Under the pieces are notes generated by a model, which worked only from the letters and a program-made list of their open reading frames with translations, had not been told where the DNA came from and did not search any database. Source: Chiloscyllium plagiosum (Eukaryota). From it: 20,000 nucleotides of DNA. Both the position numbers and the translations under genes were made by a program. Positions within the stretch are counted from its first letter, which is position 1. The number at the start of each line of letters is the position of its first letter. The DNA lies in the NCBI RefSeq assembly GCF_004010195.1, contig NC_057754.1, positions 5,359,789 to 5,379,788 of the forward strand. The letters are read 5' to 3'. Shown here piece after piece: positions 19,908 to 20,000 of the stretch.

Positions 19908-20000
19908 GTGTGTGTGTGTGTATGTGTGTGTGTGTCGGAGTGTGCGTGTGTGTGTATGTCTGTGTCTGTGTGTGTGTCTGTGTGTGTGTGTGTGTGTGTG
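19908..20000 (+). repeat. Imperfect (TG)n microsatellite
   Basis: TG dinucleotide run to the window end. Confidence 0.95.

Overview
This is vertebrate (cartilaginous fish) genomic DNA. The SINE/LINE set points to a shark, possibly orectolobiform (inference). The window holds the last four coding exons of a + strand SLC22 organic anion transporter gene (OAT1/slc22a6-like): 854-1068, 3541-3649, 4264-4467 and a terminal exon 11944-12037 that the ORF track misses. All four join in frame across GT-AG introns. The rest is mostly transposable-element debris: CR1-clade (HER1-like) LINE 3' fragments, HE1-like V-SINEs, older tRNA-type SINEs, an L2 remnant, two solo-LTR-like elements and two SINE-derived 53-bp minisatellites. 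The most notable hidden signal is four minimal type-I hammerhead ribozyme motifs from three apparent Penelope-like (PLE) families. Two have intact cores and sit in short insertions flanked by target-site duplications: 8231-8266 (-) inside the minisatellite, and 13068-13102 (+) about 1 kb past the stop codon, just upstream of ATTAAA. Two are degenerate, homologous to each other and back-to-back (14431-14465 -, 14951-14982 +). Most ORFs in the track are LINE remnants or spurious. All alignments and repeat boundaries were judged by eye.
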